Source of the DNA: Gekko japonicus
Lineage: Eukaryota
Direction of reading: 5' to 3'
DNA: 64,000 bases
Assembly (NCBI RefSeq): GCF_001447785.1
Contig: NW_015164245.1
Location: 5,386-69,385 of the forward strand
Made by a program: the position numbers and the translations under genes. Numbering within the stretch: position 1 is the first letter of the stretch; every line of letters begins with the position of its first letter. The notes beneath the pieces are model-generated. The model was not told the DNA's origin, made no database searches, and was given only the letters and a program-made list of their open reading frames with translations. Positions 1 through 11,994 of the stretch are shown piece after piece.

Positions 1-208
1 TTCCTGTGCAATTGAGGTGGCCTTTCCAGGAAGCAAACTCTGACTTGTTCCCTCCCTCCCCCAGGGAGGGGGAGGAGAGGAGACTCAGCCAGTGCAGGGG
101 AAAAGCTTGCCTATCTATCTCTCCTGAGCGACTGAGAGTCTGGGATTGCAAGCTACACCGGGGGGGAGGGCCTGATCCGGCCCATGGGCCGCATGTTTCT
201 CACCCCAG
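1..208. mobile_element. Right end of a hAT-Charlie-like MITE (truncated by window start)
   Basis: Ends GGCCTGATCCGGCCCATGGGCCGCATGTTTCTCACCCC, resembling the ...GGCCGCATGTTTGACACCCCTG termini of reptile hAT MITEs. Confidence 0.55.
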
Positions 209-519
209 ATCTATATCCTTCCCTGTCCCTAGTACTAATAGTGATCACTGCTTTAAAACAAACTGTTTCCAAAAACAGTTCAAAATATGACCAGTGAATG
301 CCTTCTAAAGGAAGTTGTCTGTGGAATTACTTAGGTTAACGGAAATAACTCAGAAAGAAGATGGTTATGGTTAGGTGCATTTGAAAACAGCTTGAAAGCT
401 TGAACTAGGCCCTGTTCTCTATATGAATCTATGCATTCCTCACAGCAACCTGTACCCCATTTTATGTAGTATGCACAGCACTGCCTATTCTACTGCTTCC
501 TTTATTGTTGCACCTATGT

Positions 520-815
520 TCTAGAGCAGACTGCCTGAGGTAGAATTTACCCATGTTTCAAAAGGTATATGAGGCCAAATTGTTCCAACAGGCCTTCTTT
601 TAGCATTTTTTATAAGTCTCCTTGTGGGGCTGTAGATTGGTCTATGGGTTGGCAGTTTCTCAATATGCTGCTCTGTATTCAGAGTTTTCTATTTTGTGCT
701 GTTCATGGTGTATTTTGATATTTAATTGTACTTTGCATCCATTGTGTCCCTTTTTTGTAATCCTCATTGAGTTGATGTGAAATGTCAAGCTAAGTGTTTA
801 TTTTAATAAATAAAA
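520..815 (+). mobile_element. Decayed L2-type LINE 3' end
   Basis: Residual K..LFQQAF-like C-terminus (~560-598), T-rich 3' UTR, tail GTAATCCTCATTGAG...AATAAATAAA. Confidence 0.45.
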
Positions 816-1294
816 TCAAAGAATTTAAAGATTATTATTACTAACCATTACATGGATTTAAAGGATATCAGCGGAGAAACAGAACTACTGTTCACTTTTG
901 CACAGAGAATCTGAAAAGGATAGACACGTATAAAACCCTTCCCTTTATTTTATAGATATTTCTAGTTTCTTGCATACTTCAGTATCCAACTTTAACAGCA
1001 GAAATGAGGTTTTTGCACAGGATGTTTAAATAATAATTACACATTACATGTATTTTATTATAAACAGTTGACTTAATGGAGCATCATTAAAAAGCACAGA
1101 AGCATTATTTGCAGGGGCACCATAAACCTGAATAGTAGTTGTACTCGCTGATTAGATTGCCCATTAACTTTTGCACTAAATTTCTGCTTGTTTTTAATAT
1201 TCTTAAATTTGCTTCTTCTTTGTGTTGCTTGTTCATAAGAGTGAATACAATTTCATATTACAAGCAGAAGATACTGACATTCACAGCATCTCTT

Positions 1295-1520
1295 AGGAAT
1301 TCCAGTCTCCAGGTGGGACCTGGGGACCCCTGTAATTATGGCTCCTCTCAAGACTACAGAGATCAATTCTCCTGGAGAAAATGGGCTCTCCCATTGCCAG
1401 TGCTATGTGCTCCATCAGCCATTGGCCCATCAACCGCCACTCAAGAGTACCTGTGTTCCATTAGCTCAGTGCTCGGTCTGCTTTTCTACCCCACCCACTG
1501 CCAGCCTGGCTACTGTTCCC
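1295..1520 (+). mobile_element. MITE of the AGGGTTGCCA...TGGCAACCCT family (diverged)
   Basis: Core CTCCAGGTGGGACCTGG...ACAGAGATCAATTCTCCTGGAGAAAATGG shared with copies at 1964, 11535, 24619 and 30551. Confidence 0.65.
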
Positions 1521-1544
1521 TGACAGAATAAACTGCCCAAACAT

Positions 1545-1724
1545 AAAAACATAAGAGATGCCAATGTTGGATCAGGCCAAAGGCCCATCCAGTCCAACAC
1601 TCTATATCACACAGTGGCCAGAAATACCAGTGCCATCAGGAGGTCCACCAGTGGGGCCAGGACATTAGAAGCCCTCCCACTGTTGACCCCCCCCCAAACA
1701 CCAAAATGACAGGGAACCCCTTGC
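1545..1724 (-). mobile_element. CR1 LINE 3' UTR fragment running into a gap
   Basis: AACATAAGAG...TTGGATCAGGCCAAAGGCCCATCCAGTCCAACACTCT...CACAGTGGCC resembles the reverse complement of a squamate CR1 3' end. Confidence 0.7.
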
Positions 1725-1963
1725 NNNNNNNNNNNNNNNNNNNNNNNNNNNNNNNNNNNNNNNNNNNNNNNNNNNNNNNNNNNNNNNNNNNNNNNNNNNN
1801 NNNNNNNNNNNNNNNNNNNNNNNNNNNNNNNNNNNNNNNNNNNNNNNNNNNNNNNNNNNNNNNNNNNNNNNNNNNNNNNNNNNNNNNNNNNNNNNNNNNN
1901 NNNNNNNNNNNNNNNNNNNNNNNNNNNNNNNNNNNNNNNNNNNNNNNNNNNNNNNNNNNNNNN

Positions 1964-2455
1964 TTGATCTCCAGATGACAGAGATCAGTTCCCCTGGAGA
2001 AAATGGCTGCTTTGGAAGGTATACCATATGGCATTATACCCTACTGAGTCCTTCCCCTCCCCAAACCCTCCCCTCCACAAGATCTACCCCCCAAATCTCC
2101 AGGTATTTCCCTACTCAGAGCAGGCAACCAAGCTTGGTTCTGTCAGTAAAAAGGCAGGGGGGAGGAGGCCCTTTCCAGGTCTACTTTGGCTTCTGTGAAG
2201 AACTCATTGGGGCCAGTCCTGACTAGAGTTGCAAGCTCCAGGTTGGGATATTCCTAGAGATTTTGTGGTGGAATCTACAGGAACCAGAGTTTGGGGAGAA
2301 GAGAAGCCTCAGCTGAATAGAATGCCAGAGTCCACCCTCCAAAGCAGTTCTTTTCACTCAGAATTAAAACTGCTCTCCAGATGGCAGAGATAGTTTCCCT
2401 GGAGAAAATGGTGGACTCTGGGTCATTATACCCTGCTGAGGTGCCCCCCCCCCAT
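1964..2455. mobile_element. Cluster of AGGGTTGCCA-family MITE fragments (+ at 1964-2130, - at ~2225-2360, + at ~2365-2450)
   Basis: Repeated GATCAGTTCCCCTGGAGAAAATGGCTGCTTTGG core and its reverse complement (CCACCCTCCAAAGCAG). Confidence 0.75.
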
Positions 2456-2458
2456 GAC

Positions 2459-2655
2459 AGCCAGTGTGATGAAACAGTTAGCGCTTCAGAGCAGGGTCTG
2501 TCAGACCCAGGTTCTTGCTGTGGAAGTTGAGTGGATGATTTCCAACCAGTCACAGACTTTCAGCCTAACCTACCTCCCAGGGTTGTTGTGCAAATCAAAA
2601 GGGGGAGAGGAGAGTGATGTAAGCTGCTTTGGTCACCACTGTGGAGAAAGACTAC
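2459..2655 (+). mobile_element. Decayed tRNA-derived SINE (Squam3/MIR-like)
   Basis: AGCCAGTGTGATG..AGTTAG head, GACCCAGGTTC B-box remnant, CAGCCTAACCTACCTCCCAGGGTTGTTGTG core as at 27696. Confidence 0.6.
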
Positions 2656-2664
2656 TTTTCCTAG

Positions 2665-2900
2665 GTAGAGGCTGCAGGGAGGGAGGAGGAGATGGAAGTC
2701 AGAGGGGCAGATAATAGTATGTTAATGGTTGGCTGGGAAGGAGATAGGATTGCCACCTCCAGGTTGGGCAATTCCTGGAGATTTGAGGGGTGAAGCTTGG
2801 AGAGGGTGGAGTTTGAGGAGGGATGGGACCTCAGACAGGTACAATGCCATAGACTCCACCCTCCAGAGCAGCCATTTCCTCCTGGGGTAGAGGGAATTGG
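2665..2900 (-). repeat. Dispersed copy of the composite MITE-derived unit that is tandemly repeated at 25130-26684
   Basis: AGTCAGAGGGGCAGATAAT...GGACCTCAGACAGGTACAATGCCATAGACTCCACCCTCC matches the unit at 26398-26684. Confidence 0.75.
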
Positions 2901-2999
2901 TAGGCCAGTGATCGTTGTAAACTATTAACAATAACCATTGATGTTTTTTTAAAAAAAGTGTTAAAGGACATTGATATTAAAATCTATTGATGTTAAAAA

Positions 3000-3245
3000 C
3001 CATTGCCATCCTCAGCCATATGCTTGGCAGAACATTTCTGCCTTATAGACCCTGCAGAATTGTAGCAGGTCCCACAGGGCCCTGATATTAGCAGACATAG
3101 AAGTCCACCGAGCTGAAAAAGCCCTGGCTCTGGTTGAGGACAGCTGGATGCTCTTTGGTCCAGGAACTTCCAATAGATGTTTCTCAGTGGAACTTAATGC
3201 TCTCTCTAATGACCCTATTCCCCAGCTATAAGGAGTCATAGTTAC
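3000..3245 (-). mobile_element. L2 LINE ORF2 C-terminal fragment
   Basis: Translation LLEVPGPKSIQLSSTRARAFS...LW; homologous to 58030-58250. Confidence 0.7.
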
Positions 3246-3261
3246 ATTAAATATGAAAAAG

Positions 3262-3440
3262 ATGTTCCTAACTAAAGGCAGTGAGGTACTGGAATTATCT
3301 GCCTAGGATGAACATGGAATCTCCTTCCCTCAATTTTTTCTAGCAAAATATCTGTCAGGAATCATCTATGTACTGAATACGTTTCACCCAGGCAGGGGAA
3401 TGATTAACCCACCACATCCCTCTAGCCACATAGTTTTGTC
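3262..3440 (+). mobile_element. Decayed CR1 LINE 3' end
   Basis: GTGAGGTACTGGAAT..TGCCTAGG..TGGAATCTCCTTCCCT..TGTCAGGAAT resembles the CR1 ORF2 end and UTR. Confidence 0.5.
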
Positions 3441-3964
3441 TGTAGGTGACCATTTATCCTACACTACACAGACAGCTACATGGGAAACATGTTTAGCCTC
3501 ATGGTAGTGGCACTTGCCCCCCTGTTGGAATAACGAGGCAGACACACCATTGGAATTAACTAAGGGCCACTTTATCATTTGCAATTTTCTTCAGCAAAGG
3601 TAAACCCCTGAGTGGAGGAATCAGCCAAGGCAGAGGCTGGGTGAGCCACCTTTGCCCCAAATGCAAGCCAAACCCTTGGCTTGCCCCTGGCCGACATGGC
3701 AGACTGTGAGTCACCATGTAGTGCCCCAATCCCCCAAGCCACATAACTTGGAAGGGAGGAGCCCTGCCATGCTGGCTCTGAAGGCAATCTGCATTCTCTG
3801 CCATAGGCAACAAAACCCATGGTGGATCATGACCGACCCCTTGACCCCAGATGGGGAGGTGTTGTCTGGTACTCACCATATTCGCCTCTCCCCCTTTCCA
3901 CACCAACCTACCACTGCTAGGGCCAAGCCTCTGCTTAGGACCCTGTGCCCACCAGGAAACCGAA

Positions 3965-4590
3965 GGCAGCCCACAACCCTTGCTGCAGATCCTTAAGGAA
4001 TATGTTGTTGTTGTTATCTGACAGATGCATGCCATCATCCCTGTACAGGTCTTTCAATTCTGCCTGTATCTCAGGGTGCTTCAAATATTGACCCAATCCC
4101 TAAAACTCCCTGTTTGCCTTCTTGTGAGCCCGCTCCAGGCCCCTGGGGTTCCCAGCCCCGTGCCACTCCTGGCGCAGCAAAATGGTGGACCGTACACCTG
4201 TTTTGCCTGGCCAACTGCTCTTGATGAGCTCTGGTTAGGTCCTGGCCAGCACCACCAGTGTCTTGCCTTTCATGAGTCCAAGATCATTTTCACCCAGGTG
4301 GACCAGAAGTATGTGAGGCAGAGGACCCTTCCTCCCCTGGCAGAGGACCCTTCCTCCCCTGCACACCCCAAGCCCCAGCACCCAAACCAATCAACCATTG
4401 TGAGGCAGAGGACCCTTCCTCCCCTGGAAGAACAAAAGGGGGAGGCCTGCACACCCCAGGCCCCAGCACCCAAACCAATCAACCGTAGCCAATTTGCTGA
4501 GCTGTAGCTGCTACCCAATGTGTGTCCTCCTGGCCTGGTGTGCTGCCCAGAAGAAAATACTGTGGACACAAATTATGACTCTCCTCCCCA
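3965..4590 (-). pseudogene. SGNH/GDSL-like hydrolase ORF remnant of the Ngaro element
   Basis: My manual translation gives VIICVHSIFFWA (block I-like), LLVHLGENDLG (block III GxND) and LYRDDGMHLS..IFLKDL (block V DxxH), with stops and an internal duplication. Confidence 0.8.
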
Positions 4591-4679
4591 GGCCAAATGG
4601 AGAGCCTAGAAAGAAATAACAGTTGACAATGGCACACACAAACTTTACAGAGTTGTGAGGGGAGAAACACAGGACATGC

Positions 4680-5545
4680 AGCTTCGAGACCTCCAGCGCC
4701 CCAACTGCCTAATGTATGACTCCCATTAGCCCATTGCAGCCATGATGGGAGGTCCTCCAGATCCTGAAAGAACGTGTTCCAAAATGAAGGTGAGCCAGTA
4801 CCAAGACCCCCAGTGCCCAATTAGTCACAGTCAAATCTGGAACTTTGTCAGGGGGCTCGCATCACTGTGCCTGAACAACTCTCTCTCTCTCCATAGCCCC
4901 ACAAAGCCAGGTAATGGCATAAGGCGGTTATTGGGCAGAGTTCTGCCTCTGTGCATGAACTGACCTGGACCACCACCCCCTTTTAAACTTGATCCATCTT
5001 TGATCACCACACTATGATGATGATGCTGCCCCCAAAACAAACATCCTGAACTCATAACGCCTTACCTGACCTTTCTGTATGAGATCCCGCCACCAATTCA
5101 CTCACCCTCAGTGCCCCAAATAACAATACCAGTGCTGCTGCGTGGAAAAGACAAACCTCATGTTCTGACGCACACACCGCCACCCAGGTCACTCGCAACC
5201 CTCTCAGTACCATAGGGGAAATGGGCTCTTTATCATCCATCCAGACCCTGGCTTCTCATGGACCAGCCCTCCAGCATCTTCTGAATGCGAAAACACCCCA
5301 TGACCTCCCTCAAGCCTCTTGCATTGCTCCAGAAAGCCAAGGCCACCGATTTACCCCTAATGGAACACACTGTCAGGCCCACACCTTTCAAATCCACACA
5401 GTAGTGAATCATGTGTGGCACGAGGATCAGCCATATGCTCTGCAAACCCAACCCACCACCTAAAAGACTCAAACTGCCTACCTGCCTGGGCATATGCCTT
5501 CCTGGTGCCTGCTGCCAGCACCATCTCTGTTGCCCTGTCACCCTC
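4680..5545 (-). pseudogene. Frameshifted tyrosine recombinase of the Ngaro element
   Basis: LAAGTRKAY; FGALRVSEL (catalytic R box); LFRHSDASPLTKFQ; FGTRSFRI (~4755-4790; H-x-x-R box degenerate); LGRWRS. Confidence 0.88.
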
Positions 5546-5549
5546 ATCC

Positions 5550-5830
5550 CTCCAAGCTGCCACAGCTCTGACAGCATCCTGATCGGGAAGGGGTTGGACT
5601 CTGGCTCCAACTGCCCAAACCACTCCATCTCTTTATGAGACAGAGCATCGGCCATGCCATTGTTAAACCCCGATACGTGTTTAGCCAGGAACAAGCTGTT
5701 AAACCAAAGGCATCTGAGCATAAAGGCCTGAACAAGATCCATCACCCTAGAGGACTTGGAGGTGAGTGAGTTGATAACCTGCTCCTTTGCCTGATTGTTG
5801 CACCAGAAGTGCACTGTCTGATTGGAAAAC
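5550..5830 (-). pseudogene. Ngaro/DIRS RNase H domain remnant
   Basis: HFWCNNQA..VINSLTSKSSRVMDLV...LAKHVSGFNNGMADALS matches the DIRS RNase H motifs (CDN..V, HVPG..N..AD.LSR). Confidence 0.9.
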
Positions 5831-7182
5831 TCCTCAGAATATCTAAATCCAAATTAGACAAGAATAAGCAGAAGCTAAACTTTGTTCACAAGGCATATTG
5901 GGTGAAGCACTGCAAGCTTTACTTAAAGCCTAATGGCGGTGGGAGATGAGAACTTTAAAATGCCTACTTTGGAAGCTCATCAAAACTCCTTGTACATAAG
6001 AGAGATTTCAGTCTATTACCCACAATGCAATTCATAATCAATGCACAAACCAGACATGTCAGTCTGGAATCATAATGCTGCAATTTCTAGTCACCACATG
6101 TAATTTAGCACAGCATGATAGCAGAGGCATTTTGTAATATAAAAGGCTGGCTGATTTTAAGGGATTTTAACATTTCTATAGGACAAATACACTGTATCAG
6201 TCTTGGATAATGACTTTAGCTTGAAGTTTAGCACTTCTCTCAAATTGAACAGTAGCTTTGGAATAAGAATGCTGTGTCAGTTTTGGAATTATATATCCAG
6301 TGGTATATTTCCTTTTTCTTTAATTCACACTTCCCCTTTTTAATATATGAAGGTATTTACATCCCTGTTAAGATAGGAAATGTCAGTTTGTATTCAGTAT
6401 TGTGATATTTCCAGATCTGCTTCAGGATATATAGCTTCTCCTGTCTGAGCTTTTGATTTCTTATACACTTTTGGAAAACTTTGCAATATTGTCCATATAT
6501 ATAACACTTTTCTACAACCAATGCTTCACATCTCTCCACCCCACTCACATGCTGCACCTTTTCAAATGACAGGGTAGAAAGATTGCTATTTTGCTCCTAT
6601 GTATGTTACCCATGATAAAATGTCTATATGCTGAATACAGACTTCTCCTGCAAATTTGCTTACTTGTAAGTGTTAAAAAACACTCCTTTTTCACAAGGCT
6701 ATACAAGGAGATTTTTGAAATAGCTTCTTACTCCTGAAATGTGTTGAAAAGCTTCAGCTCTTCAGTCACACTATTCTTTCCTAAACTAAATAAATAACAT
6801 TATAGGGCCCAAATCTTCCTCAAATATTTGTGATAAGCTAACCATATCCATCATAGCAATAGGCTGGATCTTTTCAAGACTTTTGTTTTCATTTCTTCCT
6901 AAAAATATTTAAAACTCAGAATGATGACTCACTCAACTGTTACAAGCCAAGACTGGTAGATGCAGAACGGATGAGGGGAAAGCCATGGATTTTCAATCTC
7001 TCTGTCAGCATTCTGTTCTTCAACAAGATTATACAGATTGTAGTTTATCGTTTCACTTTATAAATGAGGAAGACAGAACAGAACGACACTTTCCAAATAC
7101 AGACATAATATTTCCAAAGCCCGGGAGGGGGGGGAGCAAAACATTTTTTGGGGGGCTATACCATGCTACCTTCCCTCCCACT

Positions 7183-7478
7183 TAAAGCATTTATATTTTT
7201 GAATTCTATAAATATGCAAAACAATGCACTTTTATACTAAATAAATTGTAAATGATGCATTTATGTCATTAATCAGTAAGTATAGATGGGGTGTGGAACT
7301 TTCTTACCACACCTAAACTTACTTTACTATGCAATGGTATAAAGTGCATGATTTACAATCTATTAATATACCAAATTATATTCCGCCTTGAGCGGGAAGG
7401 GCGGGGTATAAATTGAACTAATAAATAAATTAATATTGTTTGGCATGTTTAGGAAATTCAAAAGTATAAACGCTCTTA
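7183..7478. repeat. Old palindromic element (~250-bp hairpin) interrupted by a short L2-type tail at ~7383-7435
   Basis: Arms pair across a loop at 7297-7306 (GGTGTGG-N10-CCACACC); 7183-7225 is complementary to 7437-7478. Confidence 0.75.
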
Positions 7479-8055
7479 GAGAGTTGCAAACTGCTGATCT
7501 CATACTATGCACTTGTTTTGTAGTTTTTGTGCTTCAAGGAGAAGAGAAGGAAAACTGAAAATACAAAACACGTTTTTGTACCAATTAAAAGAAATTGGTT
7601 TCTTTAGATAGAAACAATTCCATAGGGACACCAATAATATTATCAGTATGAATGGATATTGAGTTAAACTTCATAATGCTGAAAACATTAAAATCTTGAA
7701 CAGAATCACAGCTTAATTGTTACTGTTGTAGTTTGTTCTTCCTGATCACTAATTAAGGGGGCCTAAAAAAAAACCCTAGACTTTGCAGAATTCTTGTTTG
7801 CAGGAAGAGCTTAAAATGCAGGAACAATTATTAGAAACAGTCTTTTGCTAACCTCAGATTTGGTTTCACCCTGTTCTGCCCCTCTTTACACTGTGCCAAA
7901 TTTGTAACAGTTTGGGAAAGGGTAACAGGAAGATGAAAGGGTTTGTGCCAAGGTGACTCAAGGGTTTTTGTTTTAATTGGGGAGTATGTTTCAAACATCT
8001 TTCCTATTTCTAAGCTTTTCTTCCTACAAAAATGGACAAGTAGCTAATGCTTTTG

Positions 8056-9571
8056 GGCTGCGGTCAGACACACCACTTACTGAAGTGGTGATGCATTCCT
8101 GATTTTATCCAGTGTTTTTTGACATGCAGACATCCCATTGTAATCTGCTTCACTGCAGGCTCAGACCATCATTGATCAATCACACAGAGCACCTCGGCAG
8201 GCATGCTTTTTTAATGTCATTTGTACATGCACATCACCGAGGGTTTGAACTGCTGCACAGAGATGTCTCCATACAGGTGTTTTGAGCATGTAATTTTCCA
8301 CCTCCTAGACTCAAGTCTCCACTCTGGCAGCTGGCCGATCCTTCCATGGAGCACTTTGATCTCATTAGTTCACAGTGAGCCATGGTCACCTGTGTCAAGA
8401 GATAGGCCTTTAAGAGATATAAGTAATTGCATGAGTCAGTAAGTTAGTTAAGTTTTAGCTGGATGATGTTAGGATGGCAGGTCAGCCAAACACAAACCAC
8501 CTGCTATTAATTACCAGCTGCAGTAACTTCATGCAGCTGTTAGCTGTCAAAACCTTAGCTTGACTAAAAGATCTTTGACAGCTTTTGATCTAGATCACCA
8601 TGTATAGATCACTGATTGGTTTATCAGCTTGACAGCTGAATGACTATTTAGCTGGGAGGCAGGCACAGAGAGAGGGAGGGAGTGGGAGGGAGCGCAAGGG
8701 AGCGCTTTCAAGGAAAGAATGCTGCATCTGCTTGAACCGATTCATGGAGTGAGAAGCCAGGAGTCTTGCAGGAGGATTCCAGACACCCTTCTAGGCAGAA
8801 CATTGGGTAAGATGGATGGCGACCTTGGCTAGAGGGCTATTGGGCCGGAAGGAGGAATGGCTAATTCCTTGGCACCAGCTCTGCTTCTTGAACTACTGCT
8901 GCTTAGAGCTATCAGCTCAGGTCTAGTAATATAGATAGGGAGTTAGGTTTTGTTCCTTTATTTTGTCCTTTGTATGCTCCCTTTTCCCCTTACCAGTGTA
9001 TTTTATTGTTTTATTGCTTTATTGAGTCACTAACCCCATGCCTATGCCACCAATTAGTGTTTAAAAACCACAAACCTCAATTTTCTATAGCTTCTACTGT
9101 GCTGGTTGGAATGACCCTGGTTTAAAGATATATAGTTTGATGTCTCTGTGGCAGCCCTGAGAGTGGGTGGTAGCACTGAGACAGAAGGGCTGGGTCATGA
9201 CAGCCTGCCAGAGATCACTCCCTTTCCCATTCATCTTGAAGCTCCATGGCCATGGTGCAAATATATGGTTATGCACGTACTGCCAAGCGAACAAATAAAA
9301 ATAGTGCTGAGTCAGGATGGAATGAACAGACCATCCCAATGGCTTGAGAGCACTTTTGAATGATCAGATTTTGGAAGATCTATGGGTGGGCTGCTGGCAA
9401 GCATTAGGACCAGACTTTCTCTAGTGTCTAATAACTCCAATTCAGAGGCGGGGCAGAATGGGGTGCCAACAACTCCAGAACCATTCACAGATGTTGCTGT
9501 CTGAATGTGCACTTTAGATCCTTCAGGAATCAGCAACTATATCGGATTTAACTGCACATCTGACCGTAGCC
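8056..9571. mobile_element. Non-autonomous PIF/Harbinger-like DNA transposon carrying a nested LTR
   Basis: TIRs GGCTGCGGTCAGA / TCTGACCGTAGCC with a 3-bp TTG direct repeat on both flanks. Confidence 0.7.
8393..9202. mobile_element. Solo LTR nested in the DNA transposon
   Basis: TGTCAAGA...TCATGACA termini; flanks ACCTG / GCCTG (5-bp TSD with 1 mismatch). Confidence 0.7.
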
Positions 9572-9597
9572 TTGGTCTGTTATGATAGTGAAGCAAT

Positions 9598-9802
9598 ATG
9601 GAGAAGACCCTGATGCTGGGAAAGATTGAAGGTCAAAGAAGACGGGGACGGCAAAGGATGAGATGGTTAGACAGTGTCATCGATGCAACGAACATGAAAT
9701 TGAGCCAACTTCAGAAGACAGCGGAAGACAGGAAGGCCTGGGGTGATCTGGTCCATGGGGTCGCAAAGAGTCGGACTCGACTGTGCGACTAAACAGCAAC
9801 AA
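9598..9802 (+). mobile_element. BovB (RTE) LINE 3' end
   Basis: EKTLMLGKIEGQRRRGRQRMRWLDSV...VHGVAKSRTRL followed by an (AAC)-type tail. Confidence 0.95.
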
Positions 9803-10414
9803 ATGCTATTCCATGTCATTATTAACCAATACAAGTTGGTATTCTCTTATTTATCAGGGGATCAACTATTGTTAAACATAAAGCTACTATGATTTAGAGT
9901 CATTTGCTAAGTTCCAAAAATAGAGGTGCTGAGGTTCAGGACAGAAGCCATGCATGTTCTGATATGATCCCTGTGTCCAGATCCCAAGAATCACCCACCT
10001 TCCCCCCAATCCTTGTACATCTATGTAGGTAAAATGTCATGTGTGAAGTGGTCTGAAGAGCTTTCTTGGAATACAGCCTAATTGTGTAAAGCTTCCCAAA
10101 GTTCAGGTAGATAATTGTAAAATGCAATAAAAAGGTTTTAAAAAGCTTTTTAAAAAAGCACACAATCGCAAGAGGAAATGTACAAAATATAATTTTCACT
10201 CAGGAAATATTCAGAACTAAAAATCATCTCTGCTTAATTGATATTTTGGCCTAGGAACTGCTGAAATAGAAAATATGTTGTAGATCACATGTCATACAGA
10301 GTGAAATGATAGAGCAACGTACTTCCTTGGTGTCCTGCTTCTTTTGCTCTGGTTCAAGTGTGTTTCAGAGTGGCTGTGTTCAGTGTTAGCTTCTTCTTTT
10401 ATTAATATGGGAGG

Positions 10415-11237
10415 ATTATGACTTATAAATTGGCAATAGACAAGCTACGGGAGCAAGCACCGGTATATACAGAGGTCCCCTTCTAACCAGTCATCAGACT
10501 TACTGAATTCGGAGTAGAATTAATATTGTTTTATTGAATGTATCTCAAGCACACAAATTCAACAAACACACTTCAATTATACAGTCCTAAGAAACTTAGA
10601 ATGGGTAAAGCAACTCTTGCGTTATATTTACCTGTCCTCGACGGATGAGCGATCCTTAGGAAAAATAGGGGAAATTATAAGGGATGGGGGTTCGCGTGCC
10701 AGAACCAGCAAGCCACGTGGAGACTCGTCAGTAGTGCTAAAACTGAGAGTGTGGGGAGGGATGTAGAAAGTAGAGTGCAGGGAGAGAGAAACTGAGGGAC
10801 AATGGCTGCCTCCTTTTAAGGAGGTACATGGAGGGGGAGGGGGATGCTGGCTACATCCCCTTGGCACACCTCTAGTTAGTCCATCCCAAAAACAGACCTA
10901 TTGGATACAAGGAACAAGGGGAGGGGACAAGGGAGTGGTCAATATTGAGACCTAGTAAATTAGATTGAAGAGTGGCACCTGGATGAAGAGGAATGAGTCA
11001 CCAGGTTATTGTTTTTTGATGGGTTTAGCTGAGCCTGTTGATGGGCGAGAGATTAGTTTCCAAGCAACCATGTGTAGAACTTCTCAGTTACGTGCAGTCT
11101 TGCAGGTAGATGTGGTGGTGGGGGGTTTGCCTGCGTGTGACAGAGGGAGCTCCTTATGGCGTTTGAAGCTCTTTGTCCTTGTGCCATGGCATGGCATTCG
11201 ACTCCTCCATGCAGCTAGGGAACTGGTCCATCTCACA
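10415..11237 (-). mobile_element. Probable solo LTR
   Basis: Ends ...CATCTCACA; TTTATT (reverse polyA signal) at ~10530; flanks GGAGG / GCAGG; GC shift relative to flanks. Confidence 0.55.
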
Positions 11238-11534
11238 GCAGGTTAGAGGGCAGGTAACCTTGAAGAACCAACTGGAACAGCAACGCAAAGGAAGACTTTC
11301 TTTTCTTATGTGTGTATTCTCAACTGGCATCACATTGGGTCACCATGCAGTACAGTCCCTTCAGGCAATGGTTTACACAGTCCATTTTTTTCACTCAGAA
11401 CTGATACAGTTCGTAAGAACACATTAAGTGCCTTGCAGGGCAACATCAGTCAGAATGACATTAGTGATGCAATAGATTGTTTCCCTGATACTAGCAAGTC
11501 TAAAGACTCTCAATAATTTCACAGTTGAATAATG

Positions 11535-11745
11535 ATTGCTAACTTCTAGGTGACACCTGGAGATTTCCCACTATTACAGTTGCTCTCCAGACAATCAAGA
11601 TCAGTTCCCCTGGAGAAAATGGCTGCTTTGGGAGGGTGGACTCTATGGCATTATACCCTGCTGAGGTTCCTCCCCTCTCCAAACCCTGTCCCCATGTTCC
11701 ACCCCAAATATCTCCCGGTATTTCCCAATCCAGAGCTTGTGGCTC
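11535..11745 (+). mobile_element. AGGGTTGCCA-family MITE
   Basis: GATCAGTTCCCCTGGAGAAAATGGCTGCTTTGG..GGTGGACTCTATGGCATTATACCC core. Confidence 0.8.
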
Positions 11746-11994
11746 TGTCTTCCTGTCAGTCTGCCTACTTGCCTGTCTGTCTGTGTAGCTGGATCAAGAT
11801 AAAATTTCCCATCTGCATAATGAGAATTTCCCTGCCTCCTCCTCCCATTGATCTCAGTGAAAAGCTGCTCCTACAAGATAGGGGACTTTGGAGAACAATG
11901 TGAAGGGGATCTGCAGTGGAAAGGTGGAATCAGTAAAAACAGCCATTTTAGTCTGGATACAAATCCTGTATTATTATTATGGAGTGGAATGGTA

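Larger units (their letters stand above)
3510..5830 (-). mobile_element. Decayed, 5'-truncated Ngaro-type (DIRS order) tyrosine-recombinase retrotransposon
   Basis: On the minus strand, in order: RNase H, tyrosine recombinase, SGNH-hydrolase ORF, then a terminal repeat also found at 35050-35270. Confidence 0.9.

Noticed and set aside
1636-2034. ORFs across the first gap
   Set aside because: Mostly X; the flanks are CR1 and MITE sequence
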